A stretch of DNA of 64,000 nt from Trueperaceae bacterium (lineage in GTDB: Bacteria; Deinococcota; Deinococci; Deinococcales; Trueperaceae): positions 512,001 through 576,000 of the forward strand of contig JAXHLW010000013.1 in assembly GCA_034521815.1 (NCBI GenBank), written 5' to 3'. Positions 55,864 through 64,000 of the stretch are shown here, one piece after another (within the stretch, counting starts at the first letter, position 1; every line of letters begins with the position of its first letter). Below the pieces are notes generated by a model that worked only from the letters and a program-made list of their open reading frames with translations, ran no database searches and was not told the DNA's origin. The position numbers and the translations under genes are program-made.

Positions 55864-56850
55864 ATGCACGACGAAGCCCGCGCCGAGATCGAAGCCGCGA
55901 CCGACCTGCGCGACCTGCAGCAGGTCCGGGTCCGCTGGCTGGGCAAGAAGGGGCGCATCACCGCCGAGCTCAAGGGCCTCGGCCAGCTCCCGCCGGAGCA
56001 GCGTCGCGAGGCCGGGCAGCGGATCAACGTCGTGAAGCAGGAGATCCAGCAGGCGATCGAGGACCGCAAGGACCAGCTCGAGCGGGCCGAGCTGGCCCGC
56101 CGACTCGCGGCCGAGCGGGTGGACGTCACCCTGCCCGGGACCCGCGGTCCGGGCGGCGGCCTCCACCTCCTCACCAAGGTCACCAACAGGCTTCTGGACG
56201 TGTTCAGCGGCCTGGGGTACGAGGTCGTCACCGGTCCCGAGCTCGAAAGCGACCACTACAACTTCGGGGCGCTCAACTTCCCGCCCGAGCACCCCGCACG
56301 CGACGAGCAGGACACCTTCTGGGCGGAGGACGGCCGGCTGCTGCGGACGCACACGAGCCCGATGCAGGTGCGCTACATGGAGACGCACGCCCCGCCGTTC
56401 AAGGTCGTCGTGCCCGGGAAGGTGTTCCGCAACGAGGCGGTCGACGCCACGCACGAGGCGCAGTTCCACCAGCTCGAGGCGCTGGTCGTCGGTGAGCGGA
56501 TCACGATGGCCGACCTGCGCGGCGCGATCCAGGAGATGGCGGACGCGCTGTTCGGCGAGGGCACCCGGACCCGTCTGCAGCCCAGCTTCTTTCCGTTCGT
56601 CGAGCCGGGCGCCGAGTTCGCGATCTGGTGGACCCACCCCAAGACCGGCAAGGAGGAGTGGCTGGAGCTGGGCGGGTGCGGCATGGTGCACCCCAACGTG
56701 TTCGCGGCCGCCGGCTACGAGGGCGTGACCGGCTTCGCGTTCGGGTTCGGGATCGAGCGGCTGGCGATGGTGCCCTACGGCGTGCCCGACATCCGCTGGT
56801 TCTACCAGAGCGACCTGCGCGTGCTGCGCCAGTTCCGGGGCTCGCTGTGA
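55864..56850 (+). CDS. pheS: Phenylalanine-tRNA ligase alpha subunit
   Basis: HPARDEQDTF, LLRTHTSP, FPFVEP, WLELGGCGMVHP, GFAFGFGIERL. Confidence 0.98.
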   Translation: MHDEARAEIEAATDLRDLQQVRVRWLGKKGRITAELKGLGQLPPEQRREAGQRINVVKQEIQQAIEDRKDQLERAELARRLAAERVDVTLPGTRGPGGGLHLLTKVTNRLLDVFSGLGYEVVTGPELESDHYNFGALNFPPEHPARDEQDTFWAEDGRLLRTHTSPMQVRYMETHAPPFKVVVPGKVFRNEAVDATHEAQFHQLEALVVGERITMADLRGAIQEMADALFGEGTRTRLQPSFFPFVEPGAEFAIWWTHPKTGKEEWLELGGCGMVHPNVFAAAGYEGVTGFAFGFGIERLAMVPYGVPDIRWFYQSDLRVLRQFRGSL

Positions 56851-59289
56851 ACGTTCCCGTCTCCTGGCTGGCCGAGCTGGTCGGCGATCTTCCAGACGTG
56901 GCGCGCCTGACCGACCTGCTGCCCGGCCTGGGCCTGGGGGTCGAGGCGGTCCACGAGCTGCCGGCCGCGCCGGCGGGCGTCGTGGTGGCGCGGATCGTCG
57001 AGGCCGAGCCGATTCCCGGCTCGGACCACCTGACCAAGACCGTGGTCGACGACGGCAGCACGCGGCGCACCGTCGTGTGCGGCGCGCCGAACGCCCAGGT
57101 CGGCGTGCTGTCGGCGCTGGCGCTGCCGGGGACGACGCTTCCTGGCACGGGTCTGCCTGGGGGCGCGCAGTCGGGTCGAGGCGACGCCGGTTCGAGCGCC
57201 GGTTCGAGCGCAGGAGCGACGGTCGAGCGACGCGAGGTGCTGGGCGTTCCGAGCGACGGGATGCTGTGCAGCCCCCGGGAGCTGGGCGTGTACGACTACG
57301 CCGGCGGCCTGATCGTGTTCGCGGACGACGTCGCGCCGGGCACCGAGCTGAGCTCGGCGTGGCCCGCGGAGACGGTGCTGGAGCTGGAGCTCACGCCCAA
57401 CCGGGCCGACGCGTTCGGCATGCTGGGCGTGGCCCGCGACCTGGCCGCCAAGCTGGACCGTCCGCTGCGCCACCCCGCCGAGCACGACGCGCCCGGCGAC
57501 GAACAGGGCGACGACGGGCTCACCGTCGAGATCGAGGACGCCGCGGGATGCCCCCACCTGGTGCTGCAGCGCATCGACGGCCTGACGATCGGGCCCAGCC
57601 CGATCTGGCTGCAACGCAGGCTGGCGGCGCTGGGGTTGAGGCCGCGCAACAACGTCGTGGACGTCACGAACTACGTCACCTACGAGCTGGGGCAGCCGTC
57701 GCACGCGTACGACCTGCGCGTGCTCGAAGGCGGCGTGCTGCAGGTCCGCGGCGCCCGTCCCGGCGAGGAGGTCGAGCTTCTCGACGGCGAGCGCTACGAG
57801 CTGGACCCCGCCGACCTGGTCATCGCCACCGGCGCCCAGGACGGGCACGGCTCCAAGGCGGTCGGGCTGGCCGGCGTGATGGGCGGCCTGCACGACAGCG
57901 TGCGAAGCGACACGAGCTCGGTCGCGCTCGAGGTGGCGCACTTCGATCCGGTCCGGGTGCGCAAGACCGCCAAGCGGCACGGGCTTCACACCGACGCGCA
58001 CCTCCGCTTCGAGCGGGGCGTCGACCCGGCGCTGCCGCCGCGCGCCGCGGCGCACTGCGCGCGCCTGATCGCCGAGGTCGCGGGAGGCACCGTGCACCCC
58101 GCCACCAGCCGCGTGGGCGACAGCGGTCCCAGGGCCGCGATCGCGTTCCGCCCGTCGCGCGTGGAGTTCGTCATGGCGTTCGACGTGCCCGCCGAGACGC
58201 AGCGCCGCTACCTGGAGGCGCTGGGCTGCACCGTCCACGAGACCGTCCACGAGACCGTGCGTCAGGACGGCCCCGACGCCTGGTCGGTGCGAGCCGCCCA
58301 GCTGGCGGTTCGACCTGTCGATCGAGGAGGACCTGATCGAGGAGGTCGCGCGGCTCCACGGCTACGAGCACATCGGCGCGACCCGCCCCGACCTGGCGTT
58401 CGTGCCGCCCAGGACCGATCCGACCCATCGCGCCCTGCGCGACGAGCTGGCCGCCGCCGGGCTGCAGGAGACGATCGCGTACGTGTTCACCGGCGACGAG
58501 GAGCTGGCCCGCGCCCGTGCGCCCCAGGCACGCGTCCGACTCTCGAACCCGCAGGGCGTCGAGCGGTCGCGGCTGCGGACCGCGCTTCATCCCGGCCTTC
58601 TGGCGGCCGCCGCGACCAACCGGGGCGTGGACGGCCTGGCGCTGTTCGAGATCGGGCGGGCGTTCCTGGAGCACGAGGAGGAGCGGCTGGGCGTGCTGCT
58701 CTCGGGCGCCTGGGAGCGGGGAGGCTGGCGCGAGGGCACCACGGTCGACCTGTGGCGCCTGAAGGGCCTGCTCGAGACCCTCGCCGATCGGCGCCGGGTC
58801 CAGCTGACGTTCCGGCCGGCGCTGGCCGAGGAGGCGCCCATGCTTCATCCCGGCGTCGCGGCGATCGTGGCGTGGAACGGGCGCGAGATCGGCGTCGCGG
58901 GCCGGGTGCACCCCGAGGTGGAAGGGGCGTACGAGCTTCCCGAGACGTACCTGGCGGAGGTGGCGCTTCCCCTGGAGGCGCGGCGTCTCGTCGTCGGCGA
59001 GGTCGCGCGGCAGCCGTACGCCGAGCGCGACGTGGCGATCGTCGTGCCGGACGAGGTGCCGTACGCGGAGCTGGAGCGGCTCGTGGTCGACGCCGCGGGC
59101 CCGAGGCTCATCGAGGCGTTCCCGTTCGACGTCTACCTTGGAGCGCCGCTTCCCAGCGATCATCGCAGCGTGGCGGTCCGGATGCGTTGGCGCGACCCCG
59201 TCCGCGCGCTGCGCGACGAGGAGGTCGACGCTCGCCTGAGCGACGTGGTCGCGGCGGTCCGCGACGCGGGGTACGAGATTCGCGGTTGA
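56847..59289 (+). CDS. pheT: Phenylalanine-tRNA ligase beta subunit, with +1 frameshift at ~58290 (probably a sequence error)
   Basis: VVCGAPN, GMLCS..ELG, LTPNRAD, NNVVDVTNY, RFERGVD; after the shift PSWRFDLSIEEDLIEEVARLHGY...FDVY...GYEIRG*. Confidence 0.93.
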
Positions 59290-59318
59290 CGCGCGAATCC
59301 GTGGGGTAGTGTGACGCC

Positions 59319-59870
59319 GTGAGCTGGATCGATCCGATCTTCGCCGTGGTGGTGGGCGTGATGACCGCGTTCGGCGCCACGCGTCGCATCGCCGGCCTCT
59401 GGGTCGGCGTGGGCGGCGCGATCCTGCTCCGGCCGCTGCTCGGGCTCGCGGACCAGGCGCCGTTCGCCGCGATCGGCGCCGCGCTGCTCGGGGGGCTGAT
59501 CCTGGCGCTGTTGGGCCGAAGCCTGTTCGCAGGCACGCGTACCGGCGACTGGTGGAAGCGGACCGCGGGCGCGCTGGGCGGCGCCGTGCTGGGCACGGCG
59601 CTGGTGCTGGCCCTGGTCACGTCGCTTCCGATCCAGCGCAGCCCGTTCGATCCGAATCAGCTGTACTACCCGCCCCGCGACCTCCCGGCTCTGGTCCAGG
59701 GCGCCAGCCAGCGCTCCTGGACGGTCGGCGTCGGTCGCGACGTGTTGCTGTTCCCGCTGCTGGACGCTCAGGGCGTGGTGCCCGAGCGGAGCGCTCCGGT
59801 GTTGCGAGGCCTGCACCGCTTGTTCGTGGTGGGACAGCCGTGGCGGCAGGGAGGAGGCGCAGGGTCCTGA
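59319..59870 (+). CDS. Hypothetical integral membrane protein (possibly CvpA-like)
   Basis: MSWID start, about four hydrophobic helices, GALGG; leaderless TAGTGT-N6-GTG. Confidence 0.6.
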   Translation: MSWIDPIFAVVVGVMTAFGATRRIAGLWVGVGGAILLRPLLGLADQAPFAAIGAALLGGLILALLGRSLFAGTRTGDWWKRTAGALGGAVLGTALVLALVTSLPIQRSPFDPNQLYYPPRDLPALVQGASQRSWTVGVGRDVLLFPLLDAQGVVPERSAPVLRGLHRLFVVGQPWRQGGGAGS

Positions 59871-59888
59871 AGCCAGTCGACGCGAGGT

Positions 59889-60021
59889 AGCGCAAGCCCG
59901 GCCCACGGCCGGTGACGAGGTGGAGGGCCCCCGAGGTCGCGACGACACGCGACGGTCGGGGGACAGGCGCCCGCCGCGAGGCGGCGCGCCGAAAACGCGA
60001 AACGTCTGCGGGCCCCTCCCG
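59889..60021 (+). ncRNA. glmS ribozyme, divergent variant
   Basis: AGCGCAAG...P1 hairpin...GACGAGG-TGGAGGG...TCTGCGGGCCCCTCC in the glmS 5' UTR; P2 GGAGGG/CCCTCC; P2.2 CGCA/TGCG. Confidence 0.75.
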
Positions 60022-60136
60022 AGACGGATCCCTCGCTCGCGTACGCATGCGGATCCCCAGACGCACCATCCGGACCGACCCTCCGGACGCACGGCACACC
60101 CCGAGACACCGACTTCGAGCCCGCAGAGGAGACGTC

Positions 60137-61951
60137 ATGTGCGGCATCGTCGGATACGTCGGCCCGCGAGATGCGGCGGCCGTCGTGCTGGATGGACTGA
60201 AACGACTGGAGTACCGAGGGTACGACTCGGCAGGCATCGTCACGATCGACCCGGGCGGCCTGGTGGCCGTGAAGCGCGCCGGCAAGCTGGCCGTGCTGAC
60301 CGGCGCGCTGGCCGACACGCCGCTGTCCGGTCGCTCGGCGCTGGGGCACACCCGCTGGGCGACGCACGGCCGCCCGACGGACGCGAACGCGCACCCGCAT
60401 TTGAGCGAGGACGGCCGGCTCGCGATCGTGCACAACGGCATCATCGAGAACCATGCGGCGCTGCGCGAGCGGCTGCGCGAAGCAGGGCACCGCTTCGACA
60501 GCGAGACCGATAGCGAGGTCCTGGTGCACCTGATCGAGGAGCACTACGGCGGCGACCTGGAGGCCGCCGTGCGGGCCGCTCTGGGCGAGGTCGAGGGCGC
60601 CTACGCGCTGGTCGTCGCGCACGAAGGCCACCCCGAGATCATCGCCGCGCGGGCCACGAGTCCGCTGGTGATCGGCCTGGGCGAGGACGAGACGATCATC
60701 GCCAGCGACGTCCCCGCGCTGTTGCCGTACACCCGCACCGTCATGTTCCTGCGCGACGGCGAGATGGCGGTCGTCCGGCCGGACGTCGTCGAGGTGTCCG
60801 AGCTGGACGGCACGCCGACGGCGTTGCGGCCCGAGGAGGTGGAGTGGGACGCCGAGGCGGCCGAGAAGGGCGGCTGGCCGCACTTCATGCTGAAGGAGAT
60901 CTTCGAGCAGCCAGGCGTCCTGCAGGCCACCTTCGGCGGACGGTTCGACAGTGCGGGCGACGACGTGGAGCTGGGTCTCGACCTCGATCCGACCGAGGTG
61001 AACCGCGTGGTGATCGTGGCCGCCGGCACCGCCTCGTACGCCGGCCTGGTGGGCGAGACGCTGCTGGAGCGGCTCGGTCGCGTGCCCGCCGAGGTGGAGG
61101 TCGCCAGCGAGTTCCGCTACCGGCGGCCGGTCCTGGACGAGCGCACGCTGGTGGTGGCGGTGAGCCAGTCGGGCGAGACGATCGACACGCTCGAGGCGCT
61201 GCGCGAGGCGCAACGCGCCGGGGCTCGCACGATGGGCGTGCTGAACGTGAAGGGGTCGTCCATCGCGCGGGAGGTGGACGACGTGCTCTACATCCACGCC
61301 GGACCGGAGATCGGCGTGGCCAGCACCAAGGCGTACGTCGCGATGCTGGCCGCGTTCGCGTTGCTGGCGATCCGCTTCGGGCGGGCCCGAGGAACGCTGG
61401 CCGAGGGCGACGCGCGCGAGCTGATCGCCGCCCTGCGCGAGACGCCGCGTCAGGTCGAGGAGGCGCTCCGCCGCCGCGACGCGGTGCGCGAGGTGGCCGC
61501 CGTGGTGGCCCGGGCACGGAGCGTGCTGTACCTGGGTCGCGGACCCAACGTCGCGTCGGCCTACGAGGGGGCGCTGAAGCTGAAGGAGATCAGCTACCTG
61601 CACGCCGAGGCCTACCCGACCGGCGAGATGAAGCACGGGCCGATCGCGCTGATCGACGAGGTCACGCCGGTCGTCGCGATCGCGCCGTACGGCGAGCTGC
61701 ACGCCAAGACGCTCTCGAACCTGCAGGAGGTCCGTGCCCGCGACGGACGCGTCATCGCGATCGCCAGCGACGGCGACGACGCGATCGACTCGCACGCCGA
61801 TCACGTGCTGCGCGTCCCGAGGGTGCCCGAGCTGCTGTCGCCGATCGTGGTGGCGGTGCCGATGCAGCTGCTCGCGTACGAGGTGGCGACGCTGCTGGGG
61901 CGCGACGTCGATCAGCCGCGCAACCTCGCGAAAAGCGTCACCGTCGAGTAG
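60137..61951 (+). CDS. glmS: Glutamine-fructose-6-phosphate aminotransferase
   Basis: MCGIVG, LEYRGYDSAG, GHTRWATHG, SQSGET, EGALKLKEISY, PRNLAKSVTVE. Confidence 0.99.
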   Translation: MCGIVGYVGPRDAAAVVLDGLKRLEYRGYDSAGIVTIDPGGLVAVKRAGKLAVLTGALADTPLSGRSALGHTRWATHGRPTDANAHPHLSEDGRLAIVHNGIIENHAALRERLREAGHRFDSETDSEVLVHLIEEHYGGDLEAAVRAALGEVEGAYALVVAHEGHPEIIAARATSPLVIGLGEDETIIASDVPALLPYTRTVMFLRDGEMAVVRPDVVEVSELDGTPTALRPEEVEWDAEAAEKGGWPHFMLKEIFEQPGVLQATFGGRFDSAGDDVELGLDLDPTEVNRVVIVAAGTASYAGLVGETLLERLGRVPAEVEVASEFRYRRPVLDERTLVVAVSQSGETIDTLEALREAQRAGARTMGVLNVKGSSIAREVDDVLYIHAGPEIGVASTKAYVAMLAAFALLAIRFGRARGTLAEGDARELIAALRETPRQVEEALRRRDAVREVAAVVARARSVLYLGRGPNVASAYEGALKLKEISYLHAEAYPTGEMKHGPIALIDEVTPVVAIAPYGELHAKTLSNLQEVRARDGRVIAIASDGDDAIDSHADHVLRVPRVPELLSPIVVAVPMQLLAYEVATLLGRDVDQPRNLAKSVTVE

Positions 61952-62076
61952 GGCGGACGGCCGCGATCGTGCGTCACGTCATGCGACCGTCCGCTCGCAC
62001 CGCGTAGGCTGCGGCGTGCACTGCGGCAGCGACCGCGTCACGGCTGCGATGGAGCCGGAAGGAGCCACGGCACGGA

Positions 62077-62277
62077 ATGGATCTCGACACGTTGACGGTG
62101 AAGAAACGGCTGCTGGCGCGCCTGATGCGCTGCGAGGACGCGGAGCTGCTGCACGCCATCGAGCTGCTTCTCGAGCGGACGGAGGCCACGGGCGGGGCTC
62201 CGAGCGCGATGGAGCTCGAGGCGATCCTGGGCGCCGTCGCGCACGCGCTGCGTGGCGGCGCGAGCCCGGCCAGCTGA
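62077..62277 (+). CDS. Small helical hypothetical protein
   Basis: 66 aa, typical codon usage; resembles the next ORF. Confidence 0.55.
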   Translation: MDLDTLTVKKRLLARLMRCEDAELLHAIELLLERTEATGGAPSAMELEAILGAVAHALRGGASPAS

Positions 62278-62386
62278 GCGCGGAGCTGAGCGCGGACGTA
62301 CGACCATGCGCGCGGTCCAGCGCCGCGCATCCGTCACCGCACGGCGAGGAGCGGTCCACGTATCGTCGCCGCATGGACACTTGGCC

Positions 62387-62602
62387 ATGATCGCGGCGGC
62401 CGGGAACCTCTCGCCGTCCGAGCGTCAGCTGCGCATCATCAATATGATCAGCGGCATCGACGATTCCGACCTTCTCGACCGGATCGAGCACATGATCGAT
62501 CTGCATCGCAGCGGCCTCAGGGCGATCGACGAGGCCGAGATGCAGGCGATCCTCGACGATCTACGGCCGGAGGGCGAAGACCGCTCGAACGCCGACGACT
62601 AG
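62387..62602 (+). CDS. Small helical hypothetical protein, apparent paralog of the upstream ORF
   Basis: 71 aa; LRIINMISGIDDSDLLDRIEHMID aligns by eye with KRLLARLMRCEDAELLHAIELLLE. Confidence 0.55.
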   Translation: MIAAAGNLSPSERQLRIINMISGIDDSDLLDRIEHMIDLHRSGLRAIDEAEMQAILDDLRPEGEDRSNADD

Positions 62603-63414
62603 CTTCCTCGCTCCAGCAGGATCCAGATCACGACGGCTGCGGCCGCTCCCCACAGCAGCCAGCGGCCGGTGCGTCCCTTCAGGCGCTGGCCGAGGCCACG
62701 GACCTCCTCGCGCGCCGCGCGCGTGTCGTGGCTGCGCTCGACGCGTTGCGCGCGCCTGAGGGCCTGCACGCTCTTGCCGACCTGGCCCTTGCGCCGGTAC
62801 GCGACGCCCAGGTTGTGGTGCGCGTTCGCGAACGCGTCGTCGATCCTGAGCGCGGCCTCGTACTGCGCGATCGCGTCATCGACCCGTCCGTCCTCGAGGG
62901 CGACGTTGCCCAGGTTCACCATCGCGCGCGGGTGCCTCGGATCGAGCTCGAGCGCGCGCTCGAAGCAGGCACGGGCGGCGTCGGCGTCGTCGTCCAGGAT
63001 GCGGGCCGTCCCGAGCTGCGTGAGTCGCTCGGCTTCGAACGGCCCGTCCTCGCGGCCCTCGAACGCGGCCAGCGCCTCGAGCGCCTCGTCGACGTCGCGC
63101 CGGTCCAGCGCCGTGCCGGCCGCCGCGAGCGTGACCAGGTCGTTCTCGACCTCGGACCAGTCGATCCAGTCGGGTTTCGCGTCGACCTCGGCCACGACCC
63201 GCTGGGCGCGGGACCACGCCTTCTCGCGCAGCAGCCCCTGGGCGTCGGCCAGCGCACGAATCGCGCCGCGGTCCTTCTCGCTGTCCGTCTCGGCGCCTTC
63301 GCCGACCGCGATCACGCGCAGCCGCGCGGCGTCCTCGAAGCGCCCGTCCTGGGCCACCTCGCGCCAGCGGCGTGGATCGGCCGACAGGGCTGAAACGGGG
63401 GCGTCGGCGCTCAC
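62599..63414 (-). CDS. Tetratricopeptide-repeat protein with C-terminal membrane anchor
   Basis: FERALELDP.HPRAMVNLG, YEAALRIDDAFANAHHNLG; C-terminal WLLWGAAAAVVIWILL. Confidence 0.85.
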   Translation of the reverse strand: MSADAPVSALSADPRRWREVAQDGRFEDAARLRVIAVGEGAETDSEKDRGAIRALADAQGLLREKAWSRAQRVVAEVDAKPDWIDWSEVENDLVTLAAAGTALDRRDVDEALEALAAFEGREDGPFEAERLTQLGTARILDDDADAARACFERALELDPRHPRAMVNLGNVALEDGRVDDAIAQYEAALRIDDAFANAHHNLGVAYRRKGQVGKSVQALRRAQRVERSHDTRAAREEVRGLGQRLKGRTGRWLLWGAAAAVVIWILLERGS

Positions 63415-64000
63415 GCCGCCTCTCCCGTCAGCTCCCGGTACACGTCCTGGTAGCGCTCGGCGGACCTCGACCAGCCGAAGTCCTCGCTCATCGCCTCGTG
63501 GCGCATCCCCTGGGCGCGGCCGTCCTCGATCGCGACGCGGGCCTCCTCGGCGGCCCAGAGCAGCCCGTCCGTGGTGGCGTGATCGAACAGGAAGCCGGTC
63601 CGGCCGTGGCGGATGGTGTCGCGCAGGCCTCCCGTAGCGCGGGCGACGGGAAGCGTGCCGTAGCGCATCGCGATCATCTGCGACAGGCCGCACGGCTCGA
63701 ATCGGCTGGGGATCGCCAGCGTGTCGGCGCCACCGTAGATCCGGTGAGCGAGGTCCTCGGCGTAGGCCAGGCGGACGCCGATCGCGCCGGGGTGCGCCGC
63801 CGCGAGCGCCTGGGCCCGTGCCTCGAGCTCGGCATCTCCCGAGCCGAGGATCGCCAGTCGCCAGCCGCGCTCCACCAGGGCGCCCGCCGCGCCGAAGAGG
63901 ACGTCGATCCCCTTCTGATCGGCGAAGCGCGACACCACGCCCATCAGCGGTCCGTTCGCGTCCAGGCCCAGCTCGTCGCGAACGGCGACGCCGGCGGCGC
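63411..64000 (-). CDS. glgA: Glycogen synthase (5' truncated by window)
   Basis: VSRFADQKG, PSRFEPCGLSQMIAMRYG, TGGLRDTI. Confidence 0.92.
   Translation of the reverse strand, partial: AAGVAVRDELGLDANGPLMGVVSRFADQKGIDVLFGAAGALVERGWRLAILGSGDAELEARAQALAAAHPGAIGVRLAYAEDLAHRIYGGADTLAIPSRFEPCGLSQMIAMRYGTLPVARATGGLRDTIRHGRTGFLFDHATTDGLLWAAEEARVAIEDGRAQGMRHEAMSEDFGWSRSAERYQDVYRELTGEAA

Noticed and set aside
56628-59309. 893-aa ORF as a novel PheT fusion
   Set aside because: The C-terminal third is out-of-frame read-through after the +1 indel at ~58290.

Overview
High-GC core-genome window from a Deinococcota bacterium, probably Truepera-like. This placement is inferred from the pilMNOWQ-aroCKBQ order, the TilS-TadA fusion, the short IF2, the CTG-start rpsL and the many leaderless -10/start arrangements. 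It contains purK (partial), an amylosucrase, the full str-S10-spc-alpha ribosomal superoperon (rpsL to rplQ), deoB, tilS-tadA, lepA, a two-component pair, four minor pilins, scpB, aroQBKC, pilQWONM, ftsH, dnaB, a PlsY-like/acyl-reductase-like fusion, prmA, secDF, infB-ylxR-nusA-rimP, a class V aminotransferase, pheST, glmS, a TPR protein and glgA (partial). I saw no mobile elements, CRISPR arrays, tRNAs or rRNAs. The best leads are mostly cis-regulatory or hidden from the ORF track: (1) a leaderless, membrane-targeted uORF ending RRNLEGG* upstream of secDF, a candidate secretion-monitor arrest peptide; (2) two leaderless leader-peptide attenuators with the same architecture, before pheST and before the aminotransferase; (3) a PlsY-like domain lacking its catalytic His, fused to an acyl-ACP-reductase-like domain; (4) a divergent glmS ribozyme with a ~70-nt core insertion and a possible SD-flanking alternative helix; (5) a strongly C-depleted, G+T-rich tuf coding strand; and (6) about 16 short tandem duplications with 12- or 15-bp periods. 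Frameshifts in tuf and pheT are most likely assembly errors.
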